From Bifidobacterium breve (lineage in GTDB: Bacteria > Actinomycetota > Actinomycetes > Nanopelagicales > Nanopelagicaceae), in assembly GCA_945881945.1 (NCBI GenBank), contig CAMCVO010000008.1:24461-64460 (forward strand): DNA of 40,000 nucleotides, read 5' to 3'. The notes beneath the pieces are model-generated. The model was not told the DNA's origin. It made no database searches and saw nothing but the letters and a program-made list of their open reading frames with translations. A program made the translations under genes and the position numbers. Positions 1 to 9,800 of this stretch are shown one piece after another (the first letter of the stretch is position 1; every line of letters begins with the position of its first letter).

Positions 1-288
1 ATTGCACACCCAATGGCATCACATCGCGGCAGAACTATCTCACTTGAAACCTTTGGATCTTTGATTGATGCAGGTCTAGATGGTGTTGAGGTTGATCACC
101 GGGATCATTCACCGGATGAAAAAACTCAGCTTATCGAATTGGCCAAGCAAAATAGTCTAGTGATGACTGGGGCTAGTGATTACCATGGAAATGGAAAGCT
201 AAACCAGTTAGGTGAGTACGTAACGATGCCAGAACAGTGGGAGAGATTAGAGGCTAGAGCTAATAAACGCCGAGTAATTAAACTCTAA
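1..288 (+). CDS. PHP-domain metal-dependent phosphoesterase (TrpH/YciV-like), C-terminal fragment; the gene starts upstream of the window
   Basis: Frame 1 is open from nt 1 (IAHP-MASHRGR...). The motifs 'GLDGVEVDHRDH' and 'GASDYHGNGK' resemble the C-terminal His/Asp metal-ligand motifs of PHP phosphoesterases. Stop is TAA at 286-288. Confidence 0.6.
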   Translation: MAHPMASHRGRTISLETFGSLIDAGLDGVEVDHRDHSPDEKTQLIELAKQNSLVMTGASDYHGNGKLNQLGEYVTMPEQWERLEARANKRRVIKL

Positions 289-552
289 TTATTGATTTGC
301 AAAGCCCACATGGCGATCAGCTGATTCGCCAACTTCAACATAACTTATTTTGTTATGTGGAACTAAAATTTCTCGTCCTTTACTGTCACTTAGTGCTAAA
401 ACAGTTGCTGATTTAATCGCCTCATTAACCTTTGCGATCACCTCAGAGCTTGTGCTTGGAGATTCAAAATTAATCTCATGGGTACTATCTGAAATACCAA
501 TTTTGACCTCTGTTTTACCTGAACCTTTACCTGCAGATTTTGTGGATGCCAT
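289..552 (-). CDS. DUF3107-family small protein (M. tuberculosis Rv3208A/TB9.4-like)
   Basis: 87-aa ORF. 'VKIGISDSTHEINFES...LALSDSKGREILVPHNKISYVEVGE' fits the DUF3107 pattern. As in M. tuberculosis it is adjacent to a TetR gene. Confidence 0.7.
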   Translation of the reverse strand: MASTKSAGKGSGKTEVKIGISDSTHEINFESPSTSSEVIAKVNEAIKSATVLALSDSKGREILVPHNKISYVEVGESADRHVGFANQ

Positions 553-589
553 GTGACAACTCTATCTATTGCTTGAAGGGTTTGCGAAT

Positions 590-1198
590 CTAGGATTGTG
601 ACTTAGGAAACCCAGAAATACCTCGCCAAATTAAATTCATGACTAATTCAGTAGCCCGCTTGCGGTCAATTTTTCCATCTCGATCTAACCAATGTCGGGC
701 TGTCGTTTGAACTGTGCCGATGATTCCTACTGCAAGCATCATTGATTCTTCTTTACCTAAACCGGTATCAATTGAAATGACTGCACTAACTGCTGCTGCA
801 CAGTCATATGTCATTCGGTTAAGTCGCTCCCGTACCTGCGGCTCTAAATTCATATCACTTTCAAAAAGTAGGCGGAAAGCTTCACCTTCAGAATCAATGA
901 AGCCAAAGTAGGCCTCAACCGTTGCGGCCACTCGTGATGAATTCTCACGATTAGATGCAATTGCTTTTTGAATTGCAAAAACCAAAGAATCGATGTGCAA
1001 GTCAAGCACCGCTAAATAAAGTTCTAGTTTTGAGGGAAAGTGCTGATACAAGACTGGCTTACTCACGTTTGCACGATCTGCAATCTCATCCATCGCAGCG
1101 GAGTGGTAACCGGCAGCAGTAAATACCTCCAAGGCCGCAACTAGTAGTTGCGCACGACGCTCATCCCGTGGTAATCGAGCAGACTTATCATCGACCAT
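590..1198 (-). CDS. TetR/AcrR-family transcriptional regulator
   Basis: N-terminal HTH 'AAMDEIADRANVSKPVLYQHFPSKLELY'. Length of 202 aa and the helical C-terminal domain are typical of the family. Confidence 0.85.
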   Translation of the reverse strand: MVDDKSARLPRDERRAQLLVAALEVFTAAGYHSAAMDEIADRANVSKPVLYQHFPSKLELYLAVLDLHIDSLVFAIQKAIASNRENSSRVAATVEAYFGFIDSEGEAFRLLFESDMNLEPQVRERLNRMTYDCAAAVSAVISIDTGLGKEESMMLAVGIIGTVQTTARHWLDRDGKIDRKRATELVMNLIWRGISGFPKSQS

Positions 1199-1259
1199 TA
1201 GAGAATTCTAATCTGTAATTACTTACTTTGTCAGTTTCTCTCATATTTATAGTTATATT

Positions 1260-2132
1260 GTGTGGGTGAAATCAGCAAAAAGATTATTATTGGTTCACGC
1301 TCATCCTGATGATGAAACAATTAATAATGGCGTCACTATGGCGAAATATGCTGCCGACGGTATCAATGTCACGTTAGTAACTTGTACTAGGGGTGAAGAG
1401 GGTGAAGTTTTAGTTGATTCCTTGCTGAATTTAGCCAGTAGTAAAGATGACAAGCTAGGTGAGCATCGTGAAGTTGAATTAAAAAATGCAATGGATGAAT
1501 TAGGGATTAAAGATTTTAGATTTCTTGGTGCACCTAACAAAAAATGGCGTGACAGCGACATGATGGGCACACCACAAAATGATCGCAAAGATGTCTTTTG
1601 GCAAGCAGATTTGGATGAAGTAGCGAATGAACTAGTAAAAATTATTTTAGAAACAAAACCTCAAGTATTGATTACATATGATGAATTTGGTGGGTACGGC
1701 CACCCTGATCATATAAAGGCTCACCAAATAGCGATGCGAGCAGCAGAGATTGCTAGCCAGCAGGATTGGCAAGTTAGCAAAATTTATTGGAATACGACGC
1801 CTAGATCTGTTATACAGATGGGGATCGACAAAATGAAAGAGGTTGGCTCAGAGTTCTTTGGTGCAGAAAATGCTGATGATCTTCCGTTTGCAAAGCCAGA
1901 TGAGCTAGTTACCTCTGTTGTTAAAGCACCTGAGTATGTTCCACATAAATTAGCTGCGATGAAGGCACATGCCACTCAAATTTCAGTAGATGGTCCTTTC
2001 TTTGCCTTATCAAATAATCTTGGCTTATCAGTATGGGGAGATGAGTACTACACCTTGGTAAAAGGGGAGCTTGCTGGACCATTTGATGAAAATGGTCGGG
2101 AATTAGATTTGTTTGCTGGAGTTAAGTTGTGA
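1260..2132 (+). CDS. mshB: PIG-L/LmbE-family GlcNAc-inositol deacetylase (MshB, mycothiol biosynthesis; the paralogue Mca is not fully excluded)
   Basis: 'LLLVHAHPDDE', 'GGYGHPDH', 'AHATQ...ALSNNLG' and the C-terminal 'ELDLFAG' align from memory with M. tuberculosis MshB. Neighbours (small membrane protein, fdx, dapC) mirror Rv1170-Rv1178. Start is GTG 1260 or GTG 1266. Confidence 0.75.
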   Translation: MWVKSAKRLLLVHAHPDDETINNGVTMAKYAADGINVTLVTCTRGEEGEVLVDSLLNLASSKDDKLGEHREVELKNAMDELGIKDFRFLGAPNKKWRDSDMMGTPQNDRKDVFWQADLDEVANELVKIILETKPQVLITYDEFGGYGHPDHIKAHQIAMRAAEIASQQDWQVSKIYWNTTPRSVIQMGIDKMKEVGSEFFGAENADDLPFAKPDELVTSVVKAPEYVPHKLAAMKAHATQISVDGPFFALSNNLGLSVWGDEYYTLVKGELAGPFDENGRELDLFAGVKL

Positions 2133-2452
2133 ATCTAATACAGAGTGCTTTTTTTGGTGCACTACTTGGCTTTTGTGGAACTATGTTGCATAACTTCAGC
2201 CAACCAATTGGATTTATTATTTCTTTGATATTGACTTATCTGGGCTTTAAAGTTGTTGGACAAAAGTTCATCTATCTTCGCTACCAAGTTATTGCTGCTG
2301 CCAGCTGGCTGGCATTAGTAATTCGGGCCAGTACCCCATGGTCAGGGGATGAAATTCTGATTACCGGTAATACCCTTGGAAATTTATTTCTGTTAGGCGG
2401 TTTTACTACCATAATTATAAGTATGTTTAAGAGCCGTTCGAGATTTAATTAA
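2129..2452 (+). CDS. small polytopic membrane protein (positional equivalent of Rv1171)
   Basis: 107 aa with 3-4 hydrophobic helices. The GTGA start/stop overlap with mshB implies translational coupling. Confidence 0.5.
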   Translation: MNLIQSAFFGALLGFCGTMLHNFSQPIGFIISLILTYLGFKVVGQKFIYLRYQVIAAASWLALVIRASTPWSGDEILITGNTLGNLFLLGGFTTIIISMFKSRSRFN

Positions 2453-3845
2453 TTATCCAATCCCAGCTTTGTCCAGATTTACTATCTTTAACCGCAACAC
2501 CTAGTTTTTCTAACTCATTGCGAAGTTGATCACTCTGGCTAAAATCCCCAGATTTTCTAGCTACCTCTCGCTGTTGTAATAGCTTTTGCGCATCAAGTGA
2601 TAGCTCTTTTTGAGCGATTTGATTTAGCAGTTTTAATCCGAATAGCTGATCCACAGATTTAAACACAAGGTGCTTACTGCCATCACTTATCGATTCAGAT
2701 TTTTCAAGATTTCTTAACTTTTGAAGTGCCCTTGGGGTATCAAGATCTTGTCTAAAATCGGTGACTATCTCCTCAATAATTTTTTGAGTTAAAGGTGAAT
2801 CTATATTTGTATCTTGTTGCCAAATTTGAATCTTCTCTCGCCACCGTTGTAAAAGGCTGTGTGCTGCTTTCAAACTGTCCCAACTTAAATCCATTTGGCT
2901 TCGGTATCTATTTTCTAAAAAGCACAATCTAAGCGCTAGAGGGTCAATATGTTTTTCAATAAGATCAGAGATTAGAACAACATTTCCAGTACTTTTTGCC
3001 ATCTTTCTTCCTTCAAAAAGAAGATGTTCACCATGTACCCAGAGTTCAACTGCCTCCTTATCAATTGCACAGTTAGATTGCGCACGTTCATCCTCATGGT
3101 GTGGAAACCTAAGATCGATTCCGCCAAGGTGTAAATCAACAAACTCATCTAAATAATGCAGCGACATTGCCGAACACTCAATGTGCCAGCCCGGAAATCC
3201 CTTACCCCAAGGAGAGTCCCAGATCATTTGCGTTCTATCACCAGCTGCCTTCCATAACGCCCAGTCCGCATGAAATCTCTTCGCGCCATCTTCGGTGTAT
3301 TCAAATCGATGACCTGGTTTTAGTGAATCCAATCGATTTCCACTGATTACGCCATAACCTGGAAATGATTGCGCGGAAAAGTAAACACAGTTGTCACTGC
3401 CAACATAGGCATGATTTTTTGCAATTAATTTTGAGATTAAATCTTGCATCATCTCTATACATTCACTTGCCTTGGGATACTTATCAGCAGGTGTGATATT
3501 TAAGTTAGATAAATCCATATGGAATCTAGCCTCATAAATTCTAGCTATTTCAAATGGATCCTTTGACTCAGCTTTAGCTTGCGCAAGGATTTTATCCTCT
3601 ACAAAATCCTCTGACATATGGCCGACATCAGTAATATTTTGAATGAACTCAACATCATGGCCAAGGTATTTAGCTATTCTAGTTACCAAATCTCCAAGTA
3701 AAAAAGTCCGCATATTTCCAACATGTGCGTCACGATAAACAGTTGGACCACAGCTGTAAATTCTTATTCTTTTGCCATCACTACTTTTTAATGGTTGTAA
3801 CTTTCTACTTTTTGTATCAAATAGTGAAATCTCAGCAATGTTCAT
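2445..3845 (-). CDS. cysS: cysteine--tRNA ligase (CysS family)
   Basis: HIGH-type 'AHVGN', KMSKS-type 'KMAKS', 'PGWHIECS', and the CysS-type C-terminal tail 'DQLRNELEKLGVAVKDSKSGQSWDW'. The ORF-track start (3866) is trimmed to ATG 3845 (MNIAEISLFD...), which overlaps the upstream ORF's stop as ATGA. Confidence 0.75.
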   Translation of the reverse strand: MNIAEISLFDTKSRKLQPLKSSDGKRIRIYSCGPTVYRDAHVGNMRTFLLGDLVTRIAKYLGHDVEFIQNITDVGHMSEDFVEDKILAQAKAESKDPFEIARIYEARFHMDLSNLNITPADKYPKASECIEMMQDLISKLIAKNHAYVGSDNCVYFSAQSFPGYGVISGNRLDSLKPGHRFEYTEDGAKRFHADWALWKAAGDRTQMIWDSPWGKGFPGWHIECSAMSLHYLDEFVDLHLGGIDLRFPHHEDERAQSNCAIDKEAVELWVHGEHLLFEGRKMAKSTGNVVLISDLIEKHIDPLALRLCFLENRYRSQMDLSWDSLKAAHSLLQRWREKIQIWQQDTNIDSPLTQKIIEEIVTDFRQDLDTPRALQKLRNLEKSESISDGSKHLVFKSVDQLFGLKLLNQIAQKELSLDAQKLLQQREVARKSGDFSQSDQLRNELEKLGVAVKDSKSGQSWDWIIN

Positions 3846-4024
3846 TTGCTTGGCACAACCTTCCAAATAGCAATTTTTGCTGGATCAAAGGAAACTACGG
3901 TGCCATCCTTCTTTCGGAGTGTGTTCTCACTCTCTAAAATACCGAGAATGTCCCGGTAGCCACCAGCTGGATCATGCAGGCGAATACTGACCCGCTGACC
4001 TATTTGTGCCGCAGATGGCTGCAC
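3842..4024 (-). CDS. small conserved hypothetical protein (SH3-like beta-barrel look), translationally coupled to cysS
   Basis: GTG 4024 lies 4 nt downstream of GGAGGGGG. 60 aa reading 'GQRVSIRLHDPAGGYRDILGILE...VVSFDPAKIAIWKVVP'. Its TGA stop overlaps the cysS ATG. Confidence 0.45.
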   Translation of the reverse strand: MQPSAAQIGQRVSIRLHDPAGGYRDILGILESENTLRKKDGTVVSFDPAKIAIWKVVPSK

Positions 4025-4117
4025 TTGACCCCCTCCATTAAACTCGCCTCCAGTTAGAGTATGAGTTAATGGCAGTATTCTCTACCTATATAGCTGGATA
4101 TAACTGTAAGGAGAAGC

Positions 4118-4438
4118 GTGACCTACATAATTGCTCAACCATGTGTTGATGTGAAAGATAAATCCTGCATTGAAGAGTGCCCAGTGGATTGCATCTATGA
4201 GGGTGACCGCATGCTTTATATCCAACCTGATGAGTGTGTTGATTGTGGTGCATGCGAGCCAGTCTGCCCAGTAGAAGCTATTTACTATGAAGATGATGTG
4301 CCTTCGCAATGGAAGAACTACAGCGAGGTCAATACTAAGTTTTTTGTGGAGATTGGATCCCCTGGCGGTGCAGCTAAGTTAGGTCCAGTTGGTAAAGATC
4401 ATGAAATAGTTGCTGCCCTGCCACCTCAAGAAAAGTAG
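4118..4438 (+). CDS. fdxA: 7Fe (3Fe-4S + 4Fe-4S) ferredoxin
   Basis: Cys patterns 'CVDVKDKSCIEECPVDC' and 'CVDCGACEPVCP'. AAGGAGAAG RBS lies before GTG 4118. Confidence 0.9.
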   Translation: MTYIIAQPCVDVKDKSCIEECPVDCIYEGDRMLYIQPDECVDCGACEPVCPVEAIYYEDDVPSQWKNYSEVNTKFFVEIGSPGGAAKLGPVGKDHEIVAALPPQEK

Positions 4439-4474
4439 GCAAACCTGAATCTGCCAGATTTTCCTTGGGATCTT

Positions 4475-5491
4475 TTGGCGCCCTTTGGTGATAAAGCTCG
4501 AAAATATCCCGGCGGTTTTATTGATCTCTCACAAGGCACACCCGTTGACCCAACTCCACAATTTATTCAAGATGTATTTTCAGCTGCCAGCAACTCACCT
4601 AGTTATCCAGTAGTTGCCGGAACTGCATCACTTAAAGATGCCATAAGGAAATGGTCGGTTGAAAATTTAGGGGTTACTGGCGATTTTGATGTGCTGCCAA
4701 CCATTGGCTCAAAAGAGTTTATTGCTTTACTGCCAACTTTTTTACAAAGTAAAAATGTTTTGTATCCAAAGGTTGCTTATCCAACCTATTTAGTAAGTGC
4801 CATGATGGCCTCCGCCCAAGCTACACCAGTTGATATTGATGCAAGTAGTTGGCCAAAAGCTGATTTAGCTTGGTTAAACTCACCATCAAACCCAACAGGT
4901 CAGGTGCAAACAGATCAAGAGTTAAATGCGTGTATCACCTGGGCTCGTAAGAATCAGGCGATTTTGGCAAGTGATGAGTGCTACTTAAGTTTTTCCGATG
5001 ATGCTAAATCTATTTTGGCGCTAGCAAATGGTGATAACACTGGTTTGCTGGCTGTGTTATCACTTTCAAAGCGATCTAATCTGGCTGGGTATCGAGCCGG
5101 CTTTGTTGTAGGAGATAGCAAACTAATTGATCAAATTAGACAGGTAAGAAAACATGCTGGATTGATGGTACCGCTGCCAGTGCAACAGGCGATGATCACC
5201 GCATTATCTGATGAGAAACATGTTAAAGAGCAAGCAGATCGCTATCGAAATCGTCGGCAGATGTTAAAGCAAGCACTCCTAAGTCAAGGATTTAAAATTG
5301 AATATAGCCAAGCTGGTTTATACATCTGGTGTACTAGAGGTGAAGATGGCTATAAAACCGTGGATTACTTTGCTGAACTAGGTATTTTGGTAACACCTGG
5401 GGCTTTTTATGGCAGTGATAATTATGTACGAATTGCACTGACTGCAACGGATGAAAATATAAAGCAAGTGGTAGATCGAATAAAGATATGA
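4475..5491 (+). CDS. dapC: succinyldiaminopimelate aminotransferase-type class I aminotransferase (DapC-like)
   Basis: 'IDLSQGTPVDPTP', 'NSPSNPTG' and the PLP-Lys region 'SLSKRSNLAGYRAG'. It follows fdx as in Rv1177/Rv1178. The first canonical start is TTG 4475, but the conserved N-terminal 'LPDFPWDLL' is encoded upstream, so the true start may be CTG 4445 (see findings). Confidence 0.7.
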   Translation: MAPFGDKARKYPGGFIDLSQGTPVDPTPQFIQDVFSAASNSPSYPVVAGTASLKDAIRKWSVENLGVTGDFDVLPTIGSKEFIALLPTFLQSKNVLYPKVAYPTYLVSAMMASAQATPVDIDASSWPKADLAWLNSPSNPTGQVQTDQELNACITWARKNQAILASDECYLSFSDDAKSILALANGDNTGLLAVLSLSKRSNLAGYRAGFVVGDSKLIDQIRQVRKHAGLMVPLPVQQAMITALSDEKHVKEQADRYRNRRQMLKQALLSQGFKIEYSQAGLYIWCTRGEDGYKTVDYFAELGILVTPGAFYGSDNYVRIALTATDENIKQVVDRIKI

Positions 5492-6459
5492 AAACGGGTG
5501 CCATTTTACTTGTTGGTGGCATGGGGACCAGATTGTTGCCCCTCACCTTAAAGACTCCAAAGCCGATGTTACAAGTAGCTGGCGTACCATTTACTGAGCA
5601 CCAAATTAGAAAAGCAGCTGGTGCTGGAATTTCTGAGATTGTCTTAGCCACCTCCTATAAATCTGAGTTATTTGAACCTTACTTTGGTGATGGTGAAAAG
5701 TTTGGTATCAAAATTAAGTATGCGGTGGAGCATTCAGCATTGGGCACTGGTGGTGGAATTAGAAATGCAGCCAAACTACTTTCAAGTTGTGATCAGATAG
5801 TAATTTTCAATGGTGATGTGTTAAGCGGTCATAATCTAAAGGGTCAGATTGAGTTTCACCAACAATGTAAGGCGGATGTAACCTTGTACCTAACTCAGGT
5901 TTTAGATGCTAGGCCCTATGGCTGTGTTGAGTTACAAGGTGATAACCGAGTGAAATCATTTTTAGAGAAGATGGAAAATCCCATCAGCAATCAGATAAAT
6001 GCTGGGTGCTATATCTTTAATCAAGATGTAATTAATCAGATTCCGCCAGATCAGGTAGTAAGTGTGGAGCGAGATACCTTCCCTAAATTACTTTCTGCAG
6101 GGGTGAAAGTTTTTGGATATGTAGATAACTCATACTGGCTTGATATCGGCACGCCAGCTGCCTTAGTTAAGGCATCAGCTGATTTGGTAACTGGTGTTAT
6201 CTCATCTTTGGCCACCCCATCACACACTGCAGATGCTTTGATTTTCCCAACTGCAAAAATTGGAGCTGGTTGTGAAATCAATAATGGTTCGGTAATTGAA
6301 GGTGAGGTTGCACTTGATAGTAATTGCCAAATTAGCGGTTCAATTATTGGCCAGGGTGCGAAAATAGGTGCCAATTGCAAAATAATCGACTCCATAATCG
6401 CTCCAGGGGCTCAAATTGAGGCTGGAATGGTGGTCCTAACCAATTATTTAGGCTTCTAA
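5488..6459 (+). CDS. mannose-1-phosphate guanylyltransferase-type sugar-phosphate nucleotidyltransferase with C-terminal left-handed beta-helix
   Basis: 'LLVGGMGTRLLPLTLKTPKPML' nucleotide-binding loop and C-terminal hexapeptide-like repeats (IGAGCEI..GSVIEG..). ATGA overlap with dapC. Positional equivalent of Rv3264c. Confidence 0.8.
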   Translation: MKTGAILLVGGMGTRLLPLTLKTPKPMLQVAGVPFTEHQIRKAAGAGISEIVLATSYKSELFEPYFGDGEKFGIKIKYAVEHSALGTGGGIRNAAKLLSSCDQIVIFNGDVLSGHNLKGQIEFHQQCKADVTLYLTQVLDARPYGCVELQGDNRVKSFLEKMENPISNQINAGCYIFNQDVINQIPPDQVVSVERDTFPKLLSAGVKVFGYVDNSYWLDIGTPAALVKASADLVTGVISSLATPSHTADALIFPTAKIGAGCEINNGSVIEGEVALDSNCQISGSIIGQGAKIGANCKIIDSIIAPGAQIEAGMVVLTNYLGF

Positions 6460-6485
6460 TTTTCCCCAATTTGCATAATCTCGAC

Positions 6486-6514
6486 TTGACTTAATCGAGT
6501 TACAAGCGTGTAAT
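6486..6514 (+). promoter_or_regulatory. candidate sigma-70-type promoter for whiB2
   Basis: TTGACT (6486-6491), a 17-nt spacer, then TGTAAT (6509-6514), about 70 nt upstream of the whiB2 ATG. Pattern match only. Confidence 0.35.
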
Positions 6515-6584
6515 TATCCTATTAGTGGGCACACCCCAAGCCCTAAAGTTTTTTAAGGTAGTACCGATGACACATAGGAGAGAT

Positions 6585-6851
6585 ATGTCAGAACAACGTG
6601 CAGATCTAACAGCCCTAGTAGTTAACTCAGAGCAGCTTTCCTGGCAGGAGCGCGCTCTATGCGCTCAAACCGATCCAGAGGCCTTCTTTCCTGAGAAGGG
6701 TGGATCAACCAGAGAGGCCAAGCGAGTGTGCCTATCCTGTGAGGTTCGGGCTGAGTGTTTGGAGTACGCCCTAGCTCATGATGAGCGGTTTGGAATTTGG
6801 GGTGGATTATCTGAACGTGAACGTCGTCGCTTAAAGCGCCGTAGCGCATAA
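6585..6851 (+). CDS. whiB2: WhiB-family Fe-S transcription factor, WhiB2/WhmD type
   Basis: 'WQERALCAQTDPEAFFPEKGGSTREAKRVCLSCEVRAECLEYALAHDERFGIWGGLSERERRRLKR' is near-identical in pattern to Rv3260c. ATG 6585 has an AGGAGAG RBS. The longer ORF-track start (6525) is judged spurious. Confidence 0.9.
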   Translation: MSEQRADLTALVVNSEQLSWQERALCAQTDPEAFFPEKGGSTREAKRVCLSCEVRAECLEYALAHDERFGIWGGLSERERRRLKRRSA

Positions 6852-6859
6852 AATTACGG

Positions 6860-9800
6860 GTGGCTGAAAAGCAAAGCACCAGGGCGCAAGCCCAACTTAA
6901 AGACCAGTTTGTAACAGCAATAGTTGTTACACATGATGGTGTCACCTGGCTTAGCGAGGTTGTGGCATCGCTATCTTCACAAAAACATAAAGTTGATCAA
7001 ATTATCGCAGTTGATACTGGCTCAATAGATGGCTCAGTCAAATTATTAACAAATGCCGGCATTGAAGTAATAAAAAAATCTAGACGAACTGGTTTTGGCG
7101 CTGCGATTTCAGCTGCGGTTGCAAAACTTGCTCCGTTAGATGATGAGAGCCAGCAAGAGTGGCTTTGGATCTTGCATGATGATTGCGCCCCAGATCGGTA
7201 TGCGCTGGCTAAATTATTAGAAGCAGTTGTTGCCCGTCCGCAGGTTGGCATTGCTGGGCCAAAAATTCTTGGTTGGTATGACCGCAAACATATTTTAGAG
7301 GTGGGATTAAGCATTACTGAAAATGGCACTCGCTGGACTGGTTTAGAAGATCGAGAGCATGACCAAGGTCAGCATGATCAAGTCAAAGATGTATTGGCAG
7401 TTAGCACTGCAGGCATGTTGATTAAAAGATCACTCTTTGAAGAGTTAGGCGGTTTTGATCCAAGCCTAGAGTTATTTAGAGATGATATAGATATTGGTTG
7501 GCGAGCGCATATTGCTGGTCACTCGGTAATCTGTGTTGGCGAAGCAATCCTTTACCACGCAGAGGCTGCCGCATCAGAGCGCAGATCAGTTGATGTGCGT
7601 GATGCAATTTTGCACCGCCCTCTGCTATTAGATAGAAGAAATGCAGCCTTTGTGCTGTTGGCAAACTCAAGTTGGTGGATACTGCCTTGGGTTGCTATTC
7701 AACTTCTTTTTACCTCAATTGGTCGATCCATAATTTACTTGCTTGCAAAACTTCCAGGATATGCAGCAGATGAGATTGCTGCAGTTGGTTTGTTGATATT
7801 TAAGCCCGCAGATTTAATTAAATCTCGTCGCTATCGCAGATCAAGTCGAGTCTTAACTGCTCGAGTGATAAAACCATTTATTCCAAGTCGGGGCCTACAG
7901 ATCAGATCAATCATCGAACGTATCTCCTCCTCTCTTGTTAGCGCTTTTAAACCGAACCGAGGCGAAGGCCAATCAATTGGGGCAAAGAATTACTCAGACC
8001 TTGGAGTAATTGACGAAAGCTTTGATGAAATTCAGTATCAATCAAGTAAGAGTTTTAGCAAAATTAGATCTTTAGTAAGGCAACCGCTCTTATTAGGAGT
8101 CACGCTAACTTTATTCATCTCATTTCTATATTCAAGAAACCGTTATGGATCTCTGTCTGGTGGTGCTATGGCTGTGGCACCAGATAGTGCATCTGAAATG
8201 ATTGCATCATTTGTTAGTTCATGGCAATTGGTAGGACTTGGCAGTAGTCAAGCTGCACCAGCATGGATACCTGTAATCGGTATCGCATCATTTATAACTG
8301 CGGCTAACCCACAGACCTTTATCGCTGCTTTGTTCTTCTTAACTCCCACTCTATTGTTTATTCTCAGCTATCGTGCCGCAAGGAAATACTCACTAACAAA
8401 GCAGTCCAGCGCGTTTGTGGCTTTTTTATACTCTTTCTCCCCTGCCGTTTTAACTGCTATAAATCAAGGGCGCCTGGGAACAATTGTTATAGCAATCCTG
8501 TTGCCTGGTCTTTTTACGCTACTTGAAAAAAATCAAGGATTATCTGATTTAACCTGGCGCAAAATATTTTCAATAGTTTTAATTGCATCCTTGGCTGGCA
8601 CTTTCTCTCCCTTATTTTTGCTCAGTTGGATTATTTTTCACACAGTTCTATTTTTTTATAGCTACTTTACCTCTCCAAATTGGCAACTTTTCAACTGGCG
8701 GGAAATCTCAAGGAATTTAGGAGATGAAAAATACAAGAAGCGGGCTGCATTAATTTTCATGCCTTTTTTTGTGAATTTACCAATTTCATTAAGCTTAATT
8801 TTAAATCCAGTTGCAGCATTAAAGGAGCCAGGATTAGCTGTTGAATCTGCTGGCCCATCATCAATTTTCCTGTTTAACCTTGGCGGACCAGGCTCTCCAC
8901 CACTTTTTCTATTGTCACCAGTACTCCTCTATTTAGTTGCGGCACTGATCTCTAAAGGTCAACGTAATGCTGCAATTCTCTCTTTGTTTTCAATTTCCAT
9001 GGCAGCAACACTAAGTTCATACTTTATCGAAGGAAATAGTAGTAACGCTGAAAGAATCTGGAGCGGTCCATTAGTAATTTTCGCTCAGTTGCTAACCTTA
9101 CTTTCGTTCTTTGCTATTACTGAAACACTGATTCCACAACTTAAGCGAAGCAACTTTGGAATAAAACATATTGGACTAGCGGCATCTGCTGTGATAACTG
9201 TTATTTCGATTATTTCAATCTCAATTTGGACAGCAACTACGGGAGCTAATTCTTTAGTTCGTTCAAACCAAGAACAAGTAATTCCAGCATTTATCAGTGA
9301 TTTAGCATCCACAACTGAGCGTCCAAAAACTTTAGTAATTAGAAAGAGCCCAGAGCAATTACAATATTTTGTCACCAGAGGTGGTGATCTACAGATCGGT
9401 AATGCTGATGTGGCTAGTAAAACACCTTCACAATTTCATGACACTATCGTGGACTTAGTAAATGGAGTTGGCGGAAGTAGCAGCCAGATACTTGGTTACT
9501 ACGGAATTCAATATGTATTCATGAAGAATCCAGCAGATGCTGGTTTAGTTCGAATTATTGATGGAATTGGTGGATTTACTCGAAGCTCTGCAACAAAAGA
9601 TGGGGTGGTATGGAAAGTTGATAAAGCCCATGCCAGAGTTACATACCAAAATAAAGTTGGTAAATTCTTTCCAATCAGCTCTTCCGATACGGCAGCTACC
9701 TCCTTTGTTCCTGGCGAAGGTGTAATTTTGCTGGCAGAAAAATTTGATAAATCATGGCAATTATTACTCAATGGAAAAGTTATGGAACTTGAGCAGCATC

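Noticed and set aside
1196-1215. Small palindromes (AGAATTCT; TTAGA-N4-TCTAA) at the TetR start codon as a TetR operator.
   Set aside because: The arms are only 4-5 bp, they overlap the coding start, and such matches are expected by chance in AT-rich sequence.
2445-3866. Calling this gene mshC (the mycothiol ligase, a CysS paralogue) because it sits next to mshB.
   Set aside because: At 466 aa it retains the CysS-type C-terminal anticodon-binding tail (…LRNELEKLGVAVKDSKSGQSWDW), which MshC (about 410 aa) lacks. It is kept as cysS, with the paralogue caveat noted.
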